Assembly (NCBI GenBank): GCA_038127845.1
Contig: JAYPIL010000005.1
Coordinates: 1 to 51,060 of the forward strand
Source of the DNA: Poseidonia sp.
GTDB lineage: Archaea > Thermoplasmatota > Poseidoniia > Poseidoniales > Poseidoniaceae
Direction: 5' to 3'
DNA: 51,060 nt
Position 1 is the first letter of the stretch. Each line of letters starts with the position of its first letter. The notes below the pieces were generated by a model, which was not told the DNA's origin, searched no databases, and saw only the letters and a program-made list of their open reading frames with translations. This document shows positions 1 to 10,284 of this stretch, piece after piece. The translations under genes and the position numbers were made by a program.

Positions 1-55
1 AGCCCTGTCACATGACGGGCGAACCAACCACGCGACGGGTCCTTCTTGCCAAATC

Positions 56-343
56 CTATTGAGTGTTCTCGGCGACCACACCTGCACCACAGTTCATGCA
101 GTGTTGGCCTTGTGAAGGTGTCAATTCTCTACACCTCTGGCAGGGAGCATAGGCATGCAGTTCGAGCACGGCCTTCTGTTTGATCATGACCCACGCAACC
201 CAAGCATAGGCCACGGTGAGCAAAATGAAGAGTCCAACGACAGCACCGGTGCCGAGGTTGAGAAATTGAACACCCAAGGCGAAGGCGAGGAAAACACAGG
301 CCGTGAAAACATAGACGGGCCATTCGAGTCGCATGGATTGCAT
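56..343 (-). CDS. Small membrane protein with C-terminal double zinc ribbon
   Basis: Two hydrophobic helices followed by CQRC...CMNC. ATG at 343 lies 7 nt after the srp54 stop, with a GAAGGGGA RBS-like tract. Confidence 0.65.
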   Translation of the reverse strand: MQSMRLEWPVYVFTACVFLAFALGVQFLNLGTGAVVGLFILLTVAYAWVAWVMIKQKAVLELHAYAPCQRCRELTPSQGQHCMNCGAGVVAENTQ

Positions 344-350
344 GTCCCCT

Positions 351-1721
351 TCACATACCGAACGAAGACGGATCAATGTCCATGTCGCCGTCCTTCATCA
401 TCTTCCGCATCTGTTTGTTCAGTTTGCGGTTGCCGCCCATGCCCTTCATCATCTTGCGGGAGCGGTTCCACTGGCCGATAAGCTCACGAACGTCCTTTTC
501 ACGAACGCCAGACCCCCGTGCGATTCGCTTGATGCGGTCAGCCTTGATCTTGGCCGGTTCGTTCTTTTCCCAGGCTGTCATGGAATCCATGATGGTTCGA
601 TAGCGGTCGAGGTTGGCCTGCATGGCCTCTTTTTGGTTCTTCGACATGGCCCCCATGCCGCCGAGCATGCTTCCGGGCAAGAACGACATCAATTTGTCAA
701 TGGTGCCCACTTTGGACATCATTTCCATTTGTTTGTACATGTCGTTGAGCGTAAAACGTCCGCTCATGAGGCGCTGGGTGAGGCGCATGGCTTCTTCTTC
801 ATCCATGTCTTCGGGGGCCAAATCGATGAGGCCCTGAATGTCCCCCATCCCGAGGAGACGAGAAATAAATCGGTCCGATTCGAATTTTTCCAAATCCTGA
901 ATGCGTTCACCAACACCGATGTGGACGATCGGGGCACCGGTGGCGGCCACGGCTGACAACGCACCACCGCCTCGGGCCGTACCGTCGAGTTTGGTGATGA
1001 CAATGCCGGTCACGCCTGCGAGGCTGTGAAATGAAGCTGCAACGGGTCCTGCAGCCTGACCAACTTGTGCGTCAATGACCAACCATCGGTCTGTGGCCCT
1101 TGTAAGGCCGGCAATGTTCTCCAATTCGTCGACGAGCTCTTCATCGAGTTGATGTCGGCCAGCGGTGTCAACGATCACCAAATCAGCCGCAGCGCATGCA
1201 GCAAGCCCGTTTCGAACGATGGTGACGGCATCTTTCGTATCAGGCTCGCCGTACACCTGTATGGTGGTATCCTCCAATAACTGCGAAAGTTGTTCATAGG
1301 CTCCGGGTCGGTGCACGTCGGCCTCGATGACGGCGACTCGCAGACCGTGCTTCTTGCGATACCATTCAGCTAATTTGGCCGTCGTTGTCGTTTTTCCTTG
1401 CCCGTACAGGCCCACGAGGAGGAGGGTGGCCCCTCGGGGCTGGAAATCGGTAGGTGGGCCAAGAATACGAACCAGTTCGGTGTAAAGTATGTTCATGGCG
1501 TGGGTTTGAACGGTGAGTCCTGGCCTTGGCTCTTCTTCCCGCATTCGGGTCTCTAGACGGTCCACGATTTCCTTGGTTTGACGAATGTTGAAATCGGCTT
1601 CTTGAAGCGCACGTCGGAGACTGCGGGTCATTTCTCGCAATTCTTCCTCGTCAAGTTTGCGCTTGTTCTTGAGCAGGCCCAAGGAGCGGAAGATACCCCT
1701 CGACAAGCCTTCAAGAGCCAT
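351..1721 (-). CDS. srp54: Signal recognition particle 54 kDa protein
   Basis: ALQEADF N-domain, [44 protein letters not shown], Met-rich M domain with RIARGSG. Confidence 0.97.
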   Translation of the reverse strand: MALEGLSRGIFRSLGLLKNKRKLDEEELREMTRSLRRALQEADFNIRQTKEIVDRLETRMREEEPRPGLTVQTHAMNILYTELVRILGPPTDFQPRGATLLLVGLYGQGKTTTTAKLAEWYRKKHGLRVAVIEADVHRPGAYEQLSQLLEDTTIQVYGEPDTKDAVTIVRNGLAACAAADLVIVDTAGRHQLDEELVDELENIAGLTRATDRWLVIDAQVGQAAGPVAASFHSLAGVTGIVITKLDGTARGGGALSAVAATGAPIVHIGVGERIQDLEKFESDRFISRLLGMGDIQGLIDLAPEDMDEEEAMRLTQRLMSGRFTLNDMYKQMEMMSKVGTIDKLMSFLPGSMLGGMGAMSKNQKEAMQANLDRYRTIMDSMTAWEKNEPAKIKADRIKRIARGSGVREKDVRELIGQWNRSRKMMKGMGGNRKLNKQMRKMMKDGDMDIDPSSFGM

Positions 1722-1759
1722 GAGGAGGCGTTAGGCTCTCCCCATTTCAAACCATGCCT

Positions 1760-3022
1760 TCATTGGCCTGTGGAAGACCTCGGTACCAACAATGAGAGCA
1801 CATCTTCCTCAAGCGAGGCTTTGACCAAACTCGATTTCACATGACTTTTCGTCGGAATAGCTTGTTCCCGACCGTTGACGCCCACAAACAGAACGCCATC
1901 TTCACTTCGAAGCGAAAGGTCCGCACGCTCCAGACCGGGGAAGTGGAGTTGAATGCGTTCGAATTCTTCATCCAAGTGGACGACCATCCCTCTGTGTACT
2001 TCGTGATGCAGCAATGCACCAACGGTGTGGGGGCCGATGCTTTGCTCAATAGCGGATACCTCTCCATAGAGGATTTGCCCGATGCTACGCAGGGATTCAA
2101 CACCCACGATTTCGGTATCTGCTAATTCCAAGCGTGCAACATTCACGCCCTTGAGTGCATCCTCGAGTTCCCCGATTCGGCTCAACTCTTGTTCTCGGCG
2201 CTGTTTGAGGAAGGGATGGTCAAACGCAGGCGTGATCCTGTTGACGAGACAACCACCGATGGGGAGGTTGTATTCGACCAGCGAATCGTGAGCACGGAGG
2301 GTTTCGTTGACACCCATGCGTTCGGGGATGGTCACGAGGGTGAACGAGGAGGTAAGTGGGTCGCTCAGGACCCGTCGAACATGAAGCACCCGGCGACGAA
2401 AGCGTTCAAGTTCTTCCTTCATGGCATCGCTTTCCTTTCTTCCGAACAACATGGAGCGCAGACCCCCGGAAACCCGCATCAGTTTGAGCAAACGGCCAGA
2501 CCATGCCTCAATCAACTCGGGAAGAGAGAGAAACCGTAGCGTGTGACCCGTCGGGGCCGTGTCAAACACCACCACGTCCCACGTGGGGTTTTCCATGTGT
2601 TTGAGCAATTCGTCAAAGGCCAAGGCTTCATCCAGGCCCGGCAAAATCATCTCGGCGGTTTGGATTTCAGACTTCATTCCGCTGAGTTCTTCTTTTGCAG
2701 ACGGGTCGAGCATCATCCCGAGGCCTCCAAGGCCACCCATGCCACCAGAGCCCATGTTGTTCATGGCCTCGCCGACTTTGGGTAGGAGATTGGAAAGTTT
2801 GGCCTCAGGGTCCATTTCCAAGCCGTACAGTCCCGGAACACCCTCCACTTCGGTCGGAGTTGTCCCAAGTTGAACGTTCAATGAATCCGAAGTGGAGTGT
2901 GCTGGGTCACTTGAGACGAGGAGCACTTTGAGACCTGCATCAGCGAGCCAAACCGCTGTGGCGCAGGACGTTGTGGTCTTTCCAACACCGCCCTTTCCAC
3001 CAAACAGCAGGAGACGAGCCAT
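1760..3022 (-). CDS. ArsA/Get3-family ATPase with C-terminal HSP20/alpha-crystallin-like domain
   Basis: FGGKGGVGKTTTS, SSDPAHS, PGLDE, FDTAPTGHTLRFL, LVNRI; beta-rich C-terminal ~75 aa. Start moved to MARLLLFGG (3022). Confidence 0.9.
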   Translation of the reverse strand: MARLLLFGGKGGVGKTTTSCATAVWLADAGLKVLLVSSDPAHSTSDSLNVQLGTTPTEVEGVPGLYGLEMDPEAKLSNLLPKVGEAMNNMGSGGMGGLGGLGMMLDPSAKEELSGMKSEIQTAEMILPGLDEALAFDELLKHMENPTWDVVVFDTAPTGHTLRFLSLPELIEAWSGRLLKLMRVSGGLRSMLFGRKESDAMKEELERFRRRVLHVRRVLSDPLTSSFTLVTIPERMGVNETLRAHDSLVEYNLPIGGCLVNRITPAFDHPFLKQRREQELSRIGELEDALKGVNVARLELADTEIVGVESLRSIGQILYGEVSAIEQSIGPHTVGALLHHEVHRGMVVHLDEEFERIQLHFPGLERADLSLRSEDGVLFVGVNGREQAIPTKSHVKSSLVKASLEEDVLSLLVPRSSTGQ

Positions 3023-3111
3023 GGCACGGGGAGATGTTGGAGGTGTTTGAATGACACCCTTCGGCTCGTTGAGGCCAAGGGTTTGATGAAGGGAAGCGAA
3101 CAGGCCCGGCC

Positions 3112-3903
3112 ATGGTTTCGGAACTCGTGCTCTTTCAGCTCTCGAGTTTCTGCGCTCTCGTGGGCATGACGCTCGGTTGGCGTGGGGTGATGACCAAGTT
3201 TGCTGGGTTCTACGACCTTCCAACAGCCTGGAATCAGGTGTTTTGGGGGATTGTGTTGGGTGGGGTGTACGCCGTGATGGCCGATGGTCTTCTCTTCCGA
3301 CCGTATTACACGACGGTGTTGAGCAGCGACAGCGTCTACACGGGGCTCAACATTATCTCGTTGATGATCGTGACCTTGTTTGCCTCGGTCTTCTCCCATC
3401 TCTTGTTGCGAAGAAAGCGTGTCCGAAAAGGTGGTTCACAACCGTCCAGTGGCTGGGCCCTCGGCCTCGCCATCGGCGGAATGGTGGCCATGGTGACCAT
3501 GTTTCGCATGTTTGAGTTTGAGGACATTTATTCGGTTCAAGGACTCGCCAACATCGCTCTCGTTTCCATCATCACACCTCGAGCGGAAGCCCTCATCACC
3601 GCTCGTCACGGCTACATGATGCTTCAAGGAAGGCGATGGGGAGCTGTCCTGCGCTCAGCATTTTGGCGGGCCTCCCTTCTCGTAGCACTGTATTTTGTCG
3701 TGTTTCAGCCACTCGGCTGGGTCTTCGTTTTGCCGTTTATCGTGCTCGCAGCACCGTCGGCAGAGACGTGGATTTGGGAATCTGTTCCGAAAGAAGGTCG
3801 CCGCCGTTTGCGCCGTTTATGGGCCGAGCAGGCGCGTGAAGCGAACACTTCGGCACCCTCTGCTGACTCGGGTTCGAGAAATGCTGCAATGGAAGAGGAG
3901 TAA
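3112..3903 (+). CDS. Polytopic membrane protein of unknown function
   Basis: 263-aa ORF with about 6-7 hydrophobic segments and basic loops; divergent from the ArsA-like gene. Confidence 0.75.
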   Translation: MVSELVLFQLSSFCALVGMTLGWRGVMTKFAGFYDLPTAWNQVFWGIVLGGVYAVMADGLLFRPYYTTVLSSDSVYTGLNIISLMIVTLFASVFSHLLLRRKRVRKGGSQPSSGWALGLAIGGMVAMVTMFRMFEFEDIYSVQGLANIALVSIITPRAEALITARHGYMMLQGRRWGAVLRSAFWRASLLVALYFVVFQPLGWVFVLPFIVLAAPSAETWIWESVPKEGRRRLRRLWAEQAREANTSAPSADSGSRNAAMEEE

Positions 3904-4023
3904 TTACCTTCTCACTTGAGTGCAAGAGCCCAATTTCCCGTGAATTTGGAGGCGGTGGGGTGGGCGAAAAAACTGCGGGCCATCTTGAGGAATTGTTATA
4001 CGACGCCAGCCGAGCCCAAAGGC

Positions 4024-5616
4024 ATGGGTGCTTGCCCGTATTGCCGCAGCACGGCGTTGCCCAGCGATACGATTTGTTACTCCTGCGGACGCGTTCTTCC
4101 TCAAGGCGATCGTTCGAGTTATCGGATGGAACAGCAGTTTTCCCAGAAAGGTACCCGTGCCACATCCTACAAAATGGCGAAAAAACCCTCGCAACGGGGT
4201 GTGGTGCAAACGCACACGGGTCGTCAGAAGAACATCATGAAACGCCGGAAAAATCGTTTTCGAAGTGTCGTCATGCTCGGTTTGGTGGCGTTCATCATGC
4301 TTTCACCACAAGCGCAAGAAGCACTGCTTGGTGATTTTGGCGGCGTGGAAGAATTCCTCCAGTCGCAACTCGCCCCGTATCACCTCTATCCCAACGAAGC
4401 CACCTACACCCTCGCAAAGATCGCTGATGTGTCCATGACGGGCGCCCAAGGCAACGGAATGGTGACGGAGAACATTCTCATTCCTCCCGTTCTCAAATCA
4501 GCGTTATCTGGCTCCGCGCAATTTTCGTACACCAACGGAGACCAAGGGGAGCCAGCCCTAACGCTCCAAGAAACGCTTGAACTTACGCTCGTGGTGGCCG
4601 GTCAAAGCATCAACGTTCCCATCGACGGCATGCCTGACAAGCCCTACGCTGAACGAATCACCACCTCTGCAGGACACGAAGTATGGTGGCCTCCGGTAGG
4701 CACCGACGCGGAAGAATGCCCAGTCGCCAAATGCGTGAAGGTCCGAGTGTTCATGAACACCGGCGAGAGCGTGCGATACTCGTTTGAGATTCGAGTGAAA
4801 TCCGTATCGTATTCGTGGTGGGACGACAGCCGTGTTGAGGGAATCGTCGCCGGGAAAAATCTCGGCATCAGCATGGACACCTCTGGCACCTTTGCTGACA
4901 TTGCACAGCGTGGAAACGGTGTGCGTCAATCTGATTTCGGAGGCAACGAATGGTACTACAGAGACAACGTGCAAAACTATGCCATCAACGGTGCAGATGC
5001 GCTGGTGATGAGCACGGCTGATGCCATCGCTGCGAGCCTTCCAGAAGGTGAATCCAGCAACGCATACGGTTTTGCACGTGCGACCTTTGACTACCTCCAC
5101 GCCTACGTATCCTACGACCGACTCGCCCCGGGAACGGCTCGCTCTGGACCTGAATGCCTGGCGGCCAAAACCGGGGATTGCGATGAACAAACGAATGCGT
5201 TCTTCAGCATCATGAGAACCCGTGGTGTTCCAGGCTGGTACACGTTTGGTGTGCTCGGCGACCCCTTCCTCTCAAGCGACGGGTGGGAAGCGCACGCTTG
5301 GGGCTACATCTTGCTGCCGATGAAGGAAAGCTGGTGCGACGAACGTGGTATTGTTCTGCAGAGTTGTTTCGTTGAAGCACAAGTCGATGTTGTCAACAAC
5401 AAATGGCTTCTCTCCACGCCAACGGCGTACGTTGACTGGGTTGAGCAAGCAGACAGTTCGGGCACGCTGGTGTACGAGTACTACCACCCCGTGAGCAGCA
5501 TCGTGTACAGTCCGGGGGCAGAAATTGAACGCTCTCGGTCGTTTGAGACCGTTGGCAACGTTGAATTTACTGGCGGTTCCTACAAGGTGAAGAAATACGC
5601 CGAATCACTCGGCTGA
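4024..5616 (+). CDS. Membrane-anchored transglutaminase-like protein with N-terminal zinc ribbon
   Basis: CPYC...CYSC, basic linker, one TM helix, then GDCDE / EAHAW / QVDV, matching a Cys-His-Asp transglutaminase-like triad. Start set at MGACPYC. Confidence 0.8.
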   Translation: MGACPYCRSTALPSDTICYSCGRVLPQGDRSSYRMEQQFSQKGTRATSYKMAKKPSQRGVVQTHTGRQKNIMKRRKNRFRSVVMLGLVAFIMLSPQAQEALLGDFGGVEEFLQSQLAPYHLYPNEATYTLAKIADVSMTGAQGNGMVTENILIPPVLKSALSGSAQFSYTNGDQGEPALTLQETLELTLVVAGQSINVPIDGMPDKPYAERITTSAGHEVWWPPVGTDAEECPVAKCVKVRVFMNTGESVRYSFEIRVKSVSYSWWDDSRVEGIVAGKNLGISMDTSGTFADIAQRGNGVRQSDFGGNEWYYRDNVQNYAINGADALVMSTADAIAASLPEGESSNAYGFARATFDYLHAYVSYDRLAPGTARSGPECLAAKTGDCDEQTNAFFSIMRTRGVPGWYTFGVLGDPFLSSDGWEAHAWGYILLPMKESWCDERGIVLQSCFVEAQVDVVNNKWLLSTPTAYVDWVEQADSSGTLVYEYYHPVSSIVYSPGAEIERSRSFETVGNVEFTGGSYKVKKYAESLG

Positions 5617-5626
5617 GGTGAACGAA

Positions 5627-7039
5627 ATGAGGATCATCGTTGGAGGTGCAGGGCGTGTTGGTTTGGCACTGACGCGAGCACTCTCGAGTGAAAAGTACGA
5701 ACTGGTCGTTGTCGACAGCGATTCTCGTGCGGTTGCAACCGCACAGTCGCTTGATTGCTTGGCCATCCATGGAGACATCACCTCTCGCGAGGTGCTGCTT
5801 GAAGCAGGTATCTTGAATGCCGAGATTTTCGTTGCAGCAACACCCTCTGACGAGTCCAATCTCATTGCGTGTGCGATTGCGGAGCACGCCCACCGCGCCA
5901 AGGCAGGCAAAGACAAGTTAACCAGTATCTGTCGTCTTCGCGATTCCAAATTCATTGAAGAGTTCCGTGGAGGCCATTTGCGAGAATGGGCAAACGTGAA
6001 CCATGTCGTCAACCCTCTCCGAGGGGCGATACGTCGTTTGAACGCAGGCTTGCGCTCCACGGATTTGGAGGAAGTTGTGGCCTTTGAGCATGACGCCTAC
6101 GTCCTTGAATTTGACATTGGGGAAACGGCCCACAGCATTGTCAACAGGCCGCTAAGAGAAGTGAAAGCGGATTTTGTTCACGGACTTCCAAACATTGTTG
6201 GTGTCAAACGAGATGGCGAGAAAAGCTTCGTTCCAAACGACGACAGTGTCTTGATGATGGGCGACCGTATTGCTGTTGCAGTGGTCGGTTTGGACAAATT
6301 CAACCCTGCTTTGATCACGTTTGGACACGAAGTTTCGTACTTTCCTGAACACCCGAAGGTGGTCATTGTTGGAGCCTCGAGAAACGGAACAAAAATGGCG
6401 ACAGATTGGCTCCAACACGGTGCCTCTGTGACCGTTCTTGAGCGGGACCTCAACCTTGCCAACGAACTCGCAGGGTCAAAAATTGGGGCCCACTCAAACA
6501 TGGAGGTCGTTCACGGTGACCACCTTGACAAGAGCATTCTTGAGGAAATATCCATTGAACAATACGACGTGGCTTTGAGCGCTTTAGGCGACGACCATGC
6601 CAACATCGCCGCCGTCCTCATGATGTCCGATTTGGGCGTTCCGCACACGGGTTTGCTCCTGAACGATGCTGATTTGGTCAAAGTGACGCAACGAATGGGT
6701 ATTTCCTTCGCTGTCGACCGTCATCGAGTTGCGGTAAGTAACATGCTCACGCACATTCATCAGAGCCTTTCCGGACATTACGCCTTGCTTGCAGAAATTC
6801 CAAACGTGGTTGGTATCACACTTGAAGTGACAGAGCGGGCGAAGTTTGCCGGCAAATCGGTGGGGGAAGCCAACTTCCCAGAATGGCTACGGCCAGCATT
6901 CATCAAGCGGATGGGCCTTTCAGGTGCTTGGGAATCGATTGAACCGAAACCGGACGAGTTGTTGCTCGAAAACGACAGAGTGGTGTTGTTCTGTCTCAAG
7001 GAGCGCGTGTCTGAGGCACAAAAGCGATTCAAGGTGTAG
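5627..7039 (+). CDS. trkA: Trk potassium uptake regulatory subunit TrkA
   Basis: MRIIVGGAGRVG Rossmann motif, tandem RCK_N/RCK_C domains, GAGGTG RBS before ATG 5627, adjacent to trkH. Confidence 0.92.
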   Translation: MRIIVGGAGRVGLALTRALSSEKYELVVVDSDSRAVATAQSLDCLAIHGDITSREVLLEAGILNAEIFVAATPSDESNLIACAIAEHAHRAKAGKDKLTSICRLRDSKFIEEFRGGHLREWANVNHVVNPLRGAIRRLNAGLRSTDLEEVVAFEHDAYVLEFDIGETAHSIVNRPLREVKADFVHGLPNIVGVKRDGEKSFVPNDDSVLMMGDRIAVAVVGLDKFNPALITFGHEVSYFPEHPKVVIVGASRNGTKMATDWLQHGASVTVLERDLNLANELAGSKIGAHSNMEVVHGDHLDKSILEEISIEQYDVALSALGDDHANIAAVLMMSDLGVPHTGLLLNDADLVKVTQRMGISFAVDRHRVAVSNMLTHIHQSLSGHYALLAEIPNVVGITLEVTERAKFAGKSVGEANFPEWLRPAFIKRMGLSGAWESIEPKPDELLLENDRVVLFCLKERVSEAQKRFKV

Positions 7040-7041
7040 GC

Positions 7042-8676
7042 ATGCGCTACGATGTTCTGAACCTCATTCTGGGCTGGACACTTCTGGCCTTGACAGCACC
7101 GCTGTTGCTTTGCGCATTGCTCACGTGGTGGCTCGACGGATGGATCCTTGCAGCGCAAGCCTTCGTTCCCGCAATTTTGGTGAGCGGGGGGTTGGGCCTT
7201 GCGATGTTGGGGTTGTTTACCAGGACGGATTCGGCAGAACGGTTACGAGACCTCGAAGCCTTTGTGGGCGTCGGGTTGGTATGGCCTGTGACGGTCCTGA
7301 TCGGTTCGCTACCGTATTGGTTTGGCGGGATGTTCAACGGACCCTTTGTCGACGATGCAGCCTTGATTGACATCGCCCGTGGTTTCGTGAATTCGTGGTT
7401 TGAATCCATGTCAGGCTTCACGACGACAGGTGCCACCGTCATTTCGCACAACATGAGCCCGAACTGTATTCCAGGAACCACCCTTGATTGCATCAACGCC
7501 CAACCTCGCGGCTTGTTGCTCTGGCGGTCGCTAACGCAGTGGCTCGGGGGGATGGGGGTGGTCATGCTCGGAATGCTTGTGCTCTCCCGAATCATCGGCG
7601 GAGGTATGGCCTTGGCTCGTGCAGAACTGACAGGGCCATCGCTTTCGCGACTTCGGCCAAAGCTCCGGCAAACGGCCATAGCGCTTTGGAGCCTCTACTT
7701 GTTGTTGACCGTCGTCGAGATGCTGGCGCTGAAATTTATCGGAGGAATGTCGCTGTTTGACTCCATCAATCACGCCTTGACCACCATGCCGAGCGGTGGA
7801 TTTTCAACCCGAGACGCCAGCATCGCCCATTATGATTCCACCACTGTGGAACTCATCATCATTGTATTCATGTTCTTGGCGGGTGTCAATTTTACCCTGA
7901 TGTGGTTGATGGGTGCAGGCGACATGAAGGCCGCTTGGGCCGACGAAGAATTTCGGACGTATGTTTTCTATATACTCGCAGCCGTCACCGTCATTACACT
8001 CTCACTCGTGCTGGTCGGCCAGGCGCTTGATGAGGCTGTTCTTGACACGCTCTTCCACGTGTTATCCATTGGTACCTCCACAGGGTACGCATCCGCTGAC
8101 TACGGCTCATGGCCGGTTGTTGCTCGCATCATCATTTTCCTGCTCATGATCGTCGGCGCCTGTGCAGGGTCAACCAGCGGCGGCCTGAAACTCATGCGTA
8201 TCCGCATTGGCCTCAAAGTGGCATTTCGAGAACTGGCGAGGATTTCACAGCCGAGAAAAATACACATCATTCGAATGAACAAGCAGGTTGTTGAGCAAAA
8301 ACAGGTCAGCCTTGTGGTGGGGATGTTGTTTATCTGGGTGATTTTGTTTGGTTTCTCATGCATCATTCTCGCCATGATGATGCCTGATGCGACATTTGAG
8401 ACCATCCTCTCCGTCGCCGCTTCCGGTTTGGGGAATACCGGTCCTGCTCTCGGGGCTTACGGGCCCACTCAAACCTGGGCGGGGATGAATTCTTGGTCCC
8501 TCCTCTTCAGTTCGCTGTTGATGTGGTTTGGTCGTCTCGAACTGCTTACCGCCATTATTGTCCTCCATCCACGCAGTTGGCGACGTGAAGAGAAATCCGA
8601 TGCCGAACGTCAAGGTATGGCGATGGTAAAGCGCATCCTTGAGCGAGATGAAGACGATCAAAACAACGTCGTTTGA
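7042..8676 (+). CDS. trkH: Trk potassium uptake membrane subunit TrkH
   Basis: FESMSGFTTTG, LWRSLTQWLGGMG, SGGFS, STGY, GACAGSTSGGLK, GNTGPA, MWFGRLE pore-loop motifs. Confidence 0.95.
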   Translation: MRYDVLNLILGWTLLALTAPLLLCALLTWWLDGWILAAQAFVPAILVSGGLGLAMLGLFTRTDSAERLRDLEAFVGVGLVWPVTVLIGSLPYWFGGMFNGPFVDDAALIDIARGFVNSWFESMSGFTTTGATVISHNMSPNCIPGTTLDCINAQPRGLLLWRSLTQWLGGMGVVMLGMLVLSRIIGGGMALARAELTGPSLSRLRPKLRQTAIALWSLYLLLTVVEMLALKFIGGMSLFDSINHALTTMPSGGFSTRDASIAHYDSTTVELIIIVFMFLAGVNFTLMWLMGAGDMKAAWADEEFRTYVFYILAAVTVITLSLVLVGQALDEAVLDTLFHVLSIGTSTGYASADYGSWPVVARIIIFLLMIVGACAGSTSGGLKLMRIRIGLKVAFRELARISQPRKIHIIRMNKQVVEQKQVSLVVGMLFIWVILFGFSCIILAMMMPDATFETILSVAASGLGNTGPALGAYGPTQTWAGMNSWSLLFSSLLMWFGRLELLTAIIVLHPRSWRREEKSDAERQGMAMVKRILERDEDDQNNVV

Positions 8677-10214
8677 CCGGGTGCTGCCCCGGTTTCTTCC
8701 GGCTCATCGGCCTTTTCTTCCACGGATGTTGGCTTCACCACTTCTTCTTTGACGGTTTGGGGGTCCTCTTTCGCAGTGACCTCTTGGATGGATTGTTCGT
8801 ATTGAAGCATCGCTGCCTCATAGGCTGCAATCAGTTCTTTTGACGAACGGCGGGACTTCGCCATACCGGTGAGCGAAAGGTGCTCGTCGGCGTTGAGTCC
8901 AAGCATCAACGAGGTCTCGAAGGCATTGGGGTCGCCAAGCGGTGATTCGGCTTGGAGCAAGGTCATCAGCGGTTGAAGCAAATCCTCACGCGTGGCGACC
9001 TTGTTGGTGGTACCAAACTCAGCGAGTTTGGTCAAGATGCTCGTTCTACCGATGCTGCCTGAGCGTCGCAGGAAGTGTGGATAATTTGGGTAAAGTTTCC
9101 CTTCGAGCGGTGATGCGTTGGCAACCGATGCAGCAAGGGAACAAAGATGCTGTGTCCAATATGTGGAACGATGAGCCTGATTGATGAAGCGCCCCATAAA
9201 ATTACGATCGGCTTGGACCAATGTTCGGCTCCCTCTGCGCACGCTGTTGCCGTTGGTAAACAGGTTGGCGTTGTTCCAGTGCACCCAATTTAGAAACTCG
9301 CTGGGTTCTTTGTCTATTGATCGGATGAGTTGTGATGCTTCAATGCTCTTCCGTTGCTTGTAGAGGCGTTCAAGTCCTGGAAAAATTTCAACCGAGACAT
9401 CTCGCTGGGTTGTCTCTGAATGTTCGAGCACCTTGGCCTTCGTCAATGCGGCCCCGTTCAAATCTGCTGCCATCACCTGCAAATCTCTGACCAAGGCTCT
9501 CAAATCACCGTGGTTGGTCTTGACCAAGGCATCCACTGCAGCAGGTTCGAAGGTGATGTCCTCTTCTCGTAGGACTCGACGTGCGATACGACGCAACGCA
9601 TCGTCACTTGCACGAACGAAGTTGACCTTGATGATGTGTTTCGAGAAACGGTCCCGGGTCGACCTCCACGATGACGTCCGTCCCCAAAGCCCCATCTCAT
9701 CGTTGCAGGCAAGGACGATTGGTTGGTGCGTTTTCTCGAGCAATCTCAGTAACTCTGCCTTTCCTCCGGAATCGCCGGAAAGGGCTGTGTCGGGTCGCTC
9801 GTCACCCGCCATAGCTCGCTGAATTCGGTCTTGGCTGATCTCCCTCAACCCTCCCGACAAATGGTCCACTTCGTCAAGAAGGATGAGGGTCCGTGACGGA
9901 GGTGCGGTTGGGTCGTGAAACAATGAGCGATGGATTGCCCCGCTGGTTGCTGCTTTCCGAATCGCAACGGCATTCCGAGCATCGCTTGCGTTCAACTCAA
10001 TGACGTTCCACCCCATGTCTTCAGCAACAGCCCGAGCAACCGTGGTTTTTCCTACCCCGGGAGGTCCGATCAAAAGAATCGCCTTTTTCTTCGGAACGCC
10101 CTCTTTCCATTCGTCAAGCCATGCGCGAATTTTTCTTCGTTGAACTTCGTTCCCTTCCAGCAACTGTTCCGAACGAGGGCGATGGCGTTCGGTCCAATCG
10201 CTCGGAAGACCCAT
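8658..10214 (-). CDS. rfcL: Replication factor C large subunit
   Basis: WTERHRP, GPPGVGKTT, IELNASDAR, LLDEVD, GDLRA, acidic tail ending in PIP-like QTTLF. Start set at MGLPSDW. Confidence 0.92.
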   Translation of the reverse strand: MGLPSDWTERHRPRSEQLLEGNEVQRRKIRAWLDEWKEGVPKKKAILLIGPPGVGKTTVARAVAEDMGWNVIELNASDARNAVAIRKAATSGAIHRSLFHDPTAPPSRTLILLDEVDHLSGGLREISQDRIQRAMAGDERPDTALSGDSGGKAELLRLLEKTHQPIVLACNDEMGLWGRTSSWRSTRDRFSKHIIKVNFVRASDDALRRIARRVLREEDITFEPAAVDALVKTNHGDLRALVRDLQVMAADLNGAALTKAKVLEHSETTQRDVSVEIFPGLERLYKQRKSIEASQLIRSIDKEPSEFLNWVHWNNANLFTNGNSVRRGSRTLVQADRNFMGRFINQAHRSTYWTQHLCSLAASVANASPLEGKLYPNYPHFLRRSGSIGRTSILTKLAEFGTTNKVATREDLLQPLMTLLQAESPLGDPNAFETSLMLGLNADEHLSLTGMAKSRRSSKELIAAYEAAMLQYEQSIQEVTAKEDPQTVKEEVVKPTSVEEKADEPEETGAAPGQTTLF

Positions 10215-10284
10215 GGTAAACCTATCAGCGGGAGGGTTCTTCAACCTTGATGCCGGGAGGCTTGGTTTTTGGCAAAGGTGTTGC

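Noticed and set aside
1760-3022. Arsenic resistance locus
   Set aside because: Single-domain ATPase with no arsR, arsB, arsC or arsD neighbours; context is protein targeting.
3023-3223. N-terminal extensions in the ORF track (also rfcL, purB, dph6, rrp4, pfdB, archaeosortase)
   Set aside because: They overlap neighbouring genes or promoter regions and precede the family-typical N-terminus, so downstream starts were used.
3112-3903. Possible PrsW/YhfC-like intramembrane protease
   Set aside because: Only a GxxxG-type helix resembles the family; the catalytic EExxK motif is absent.
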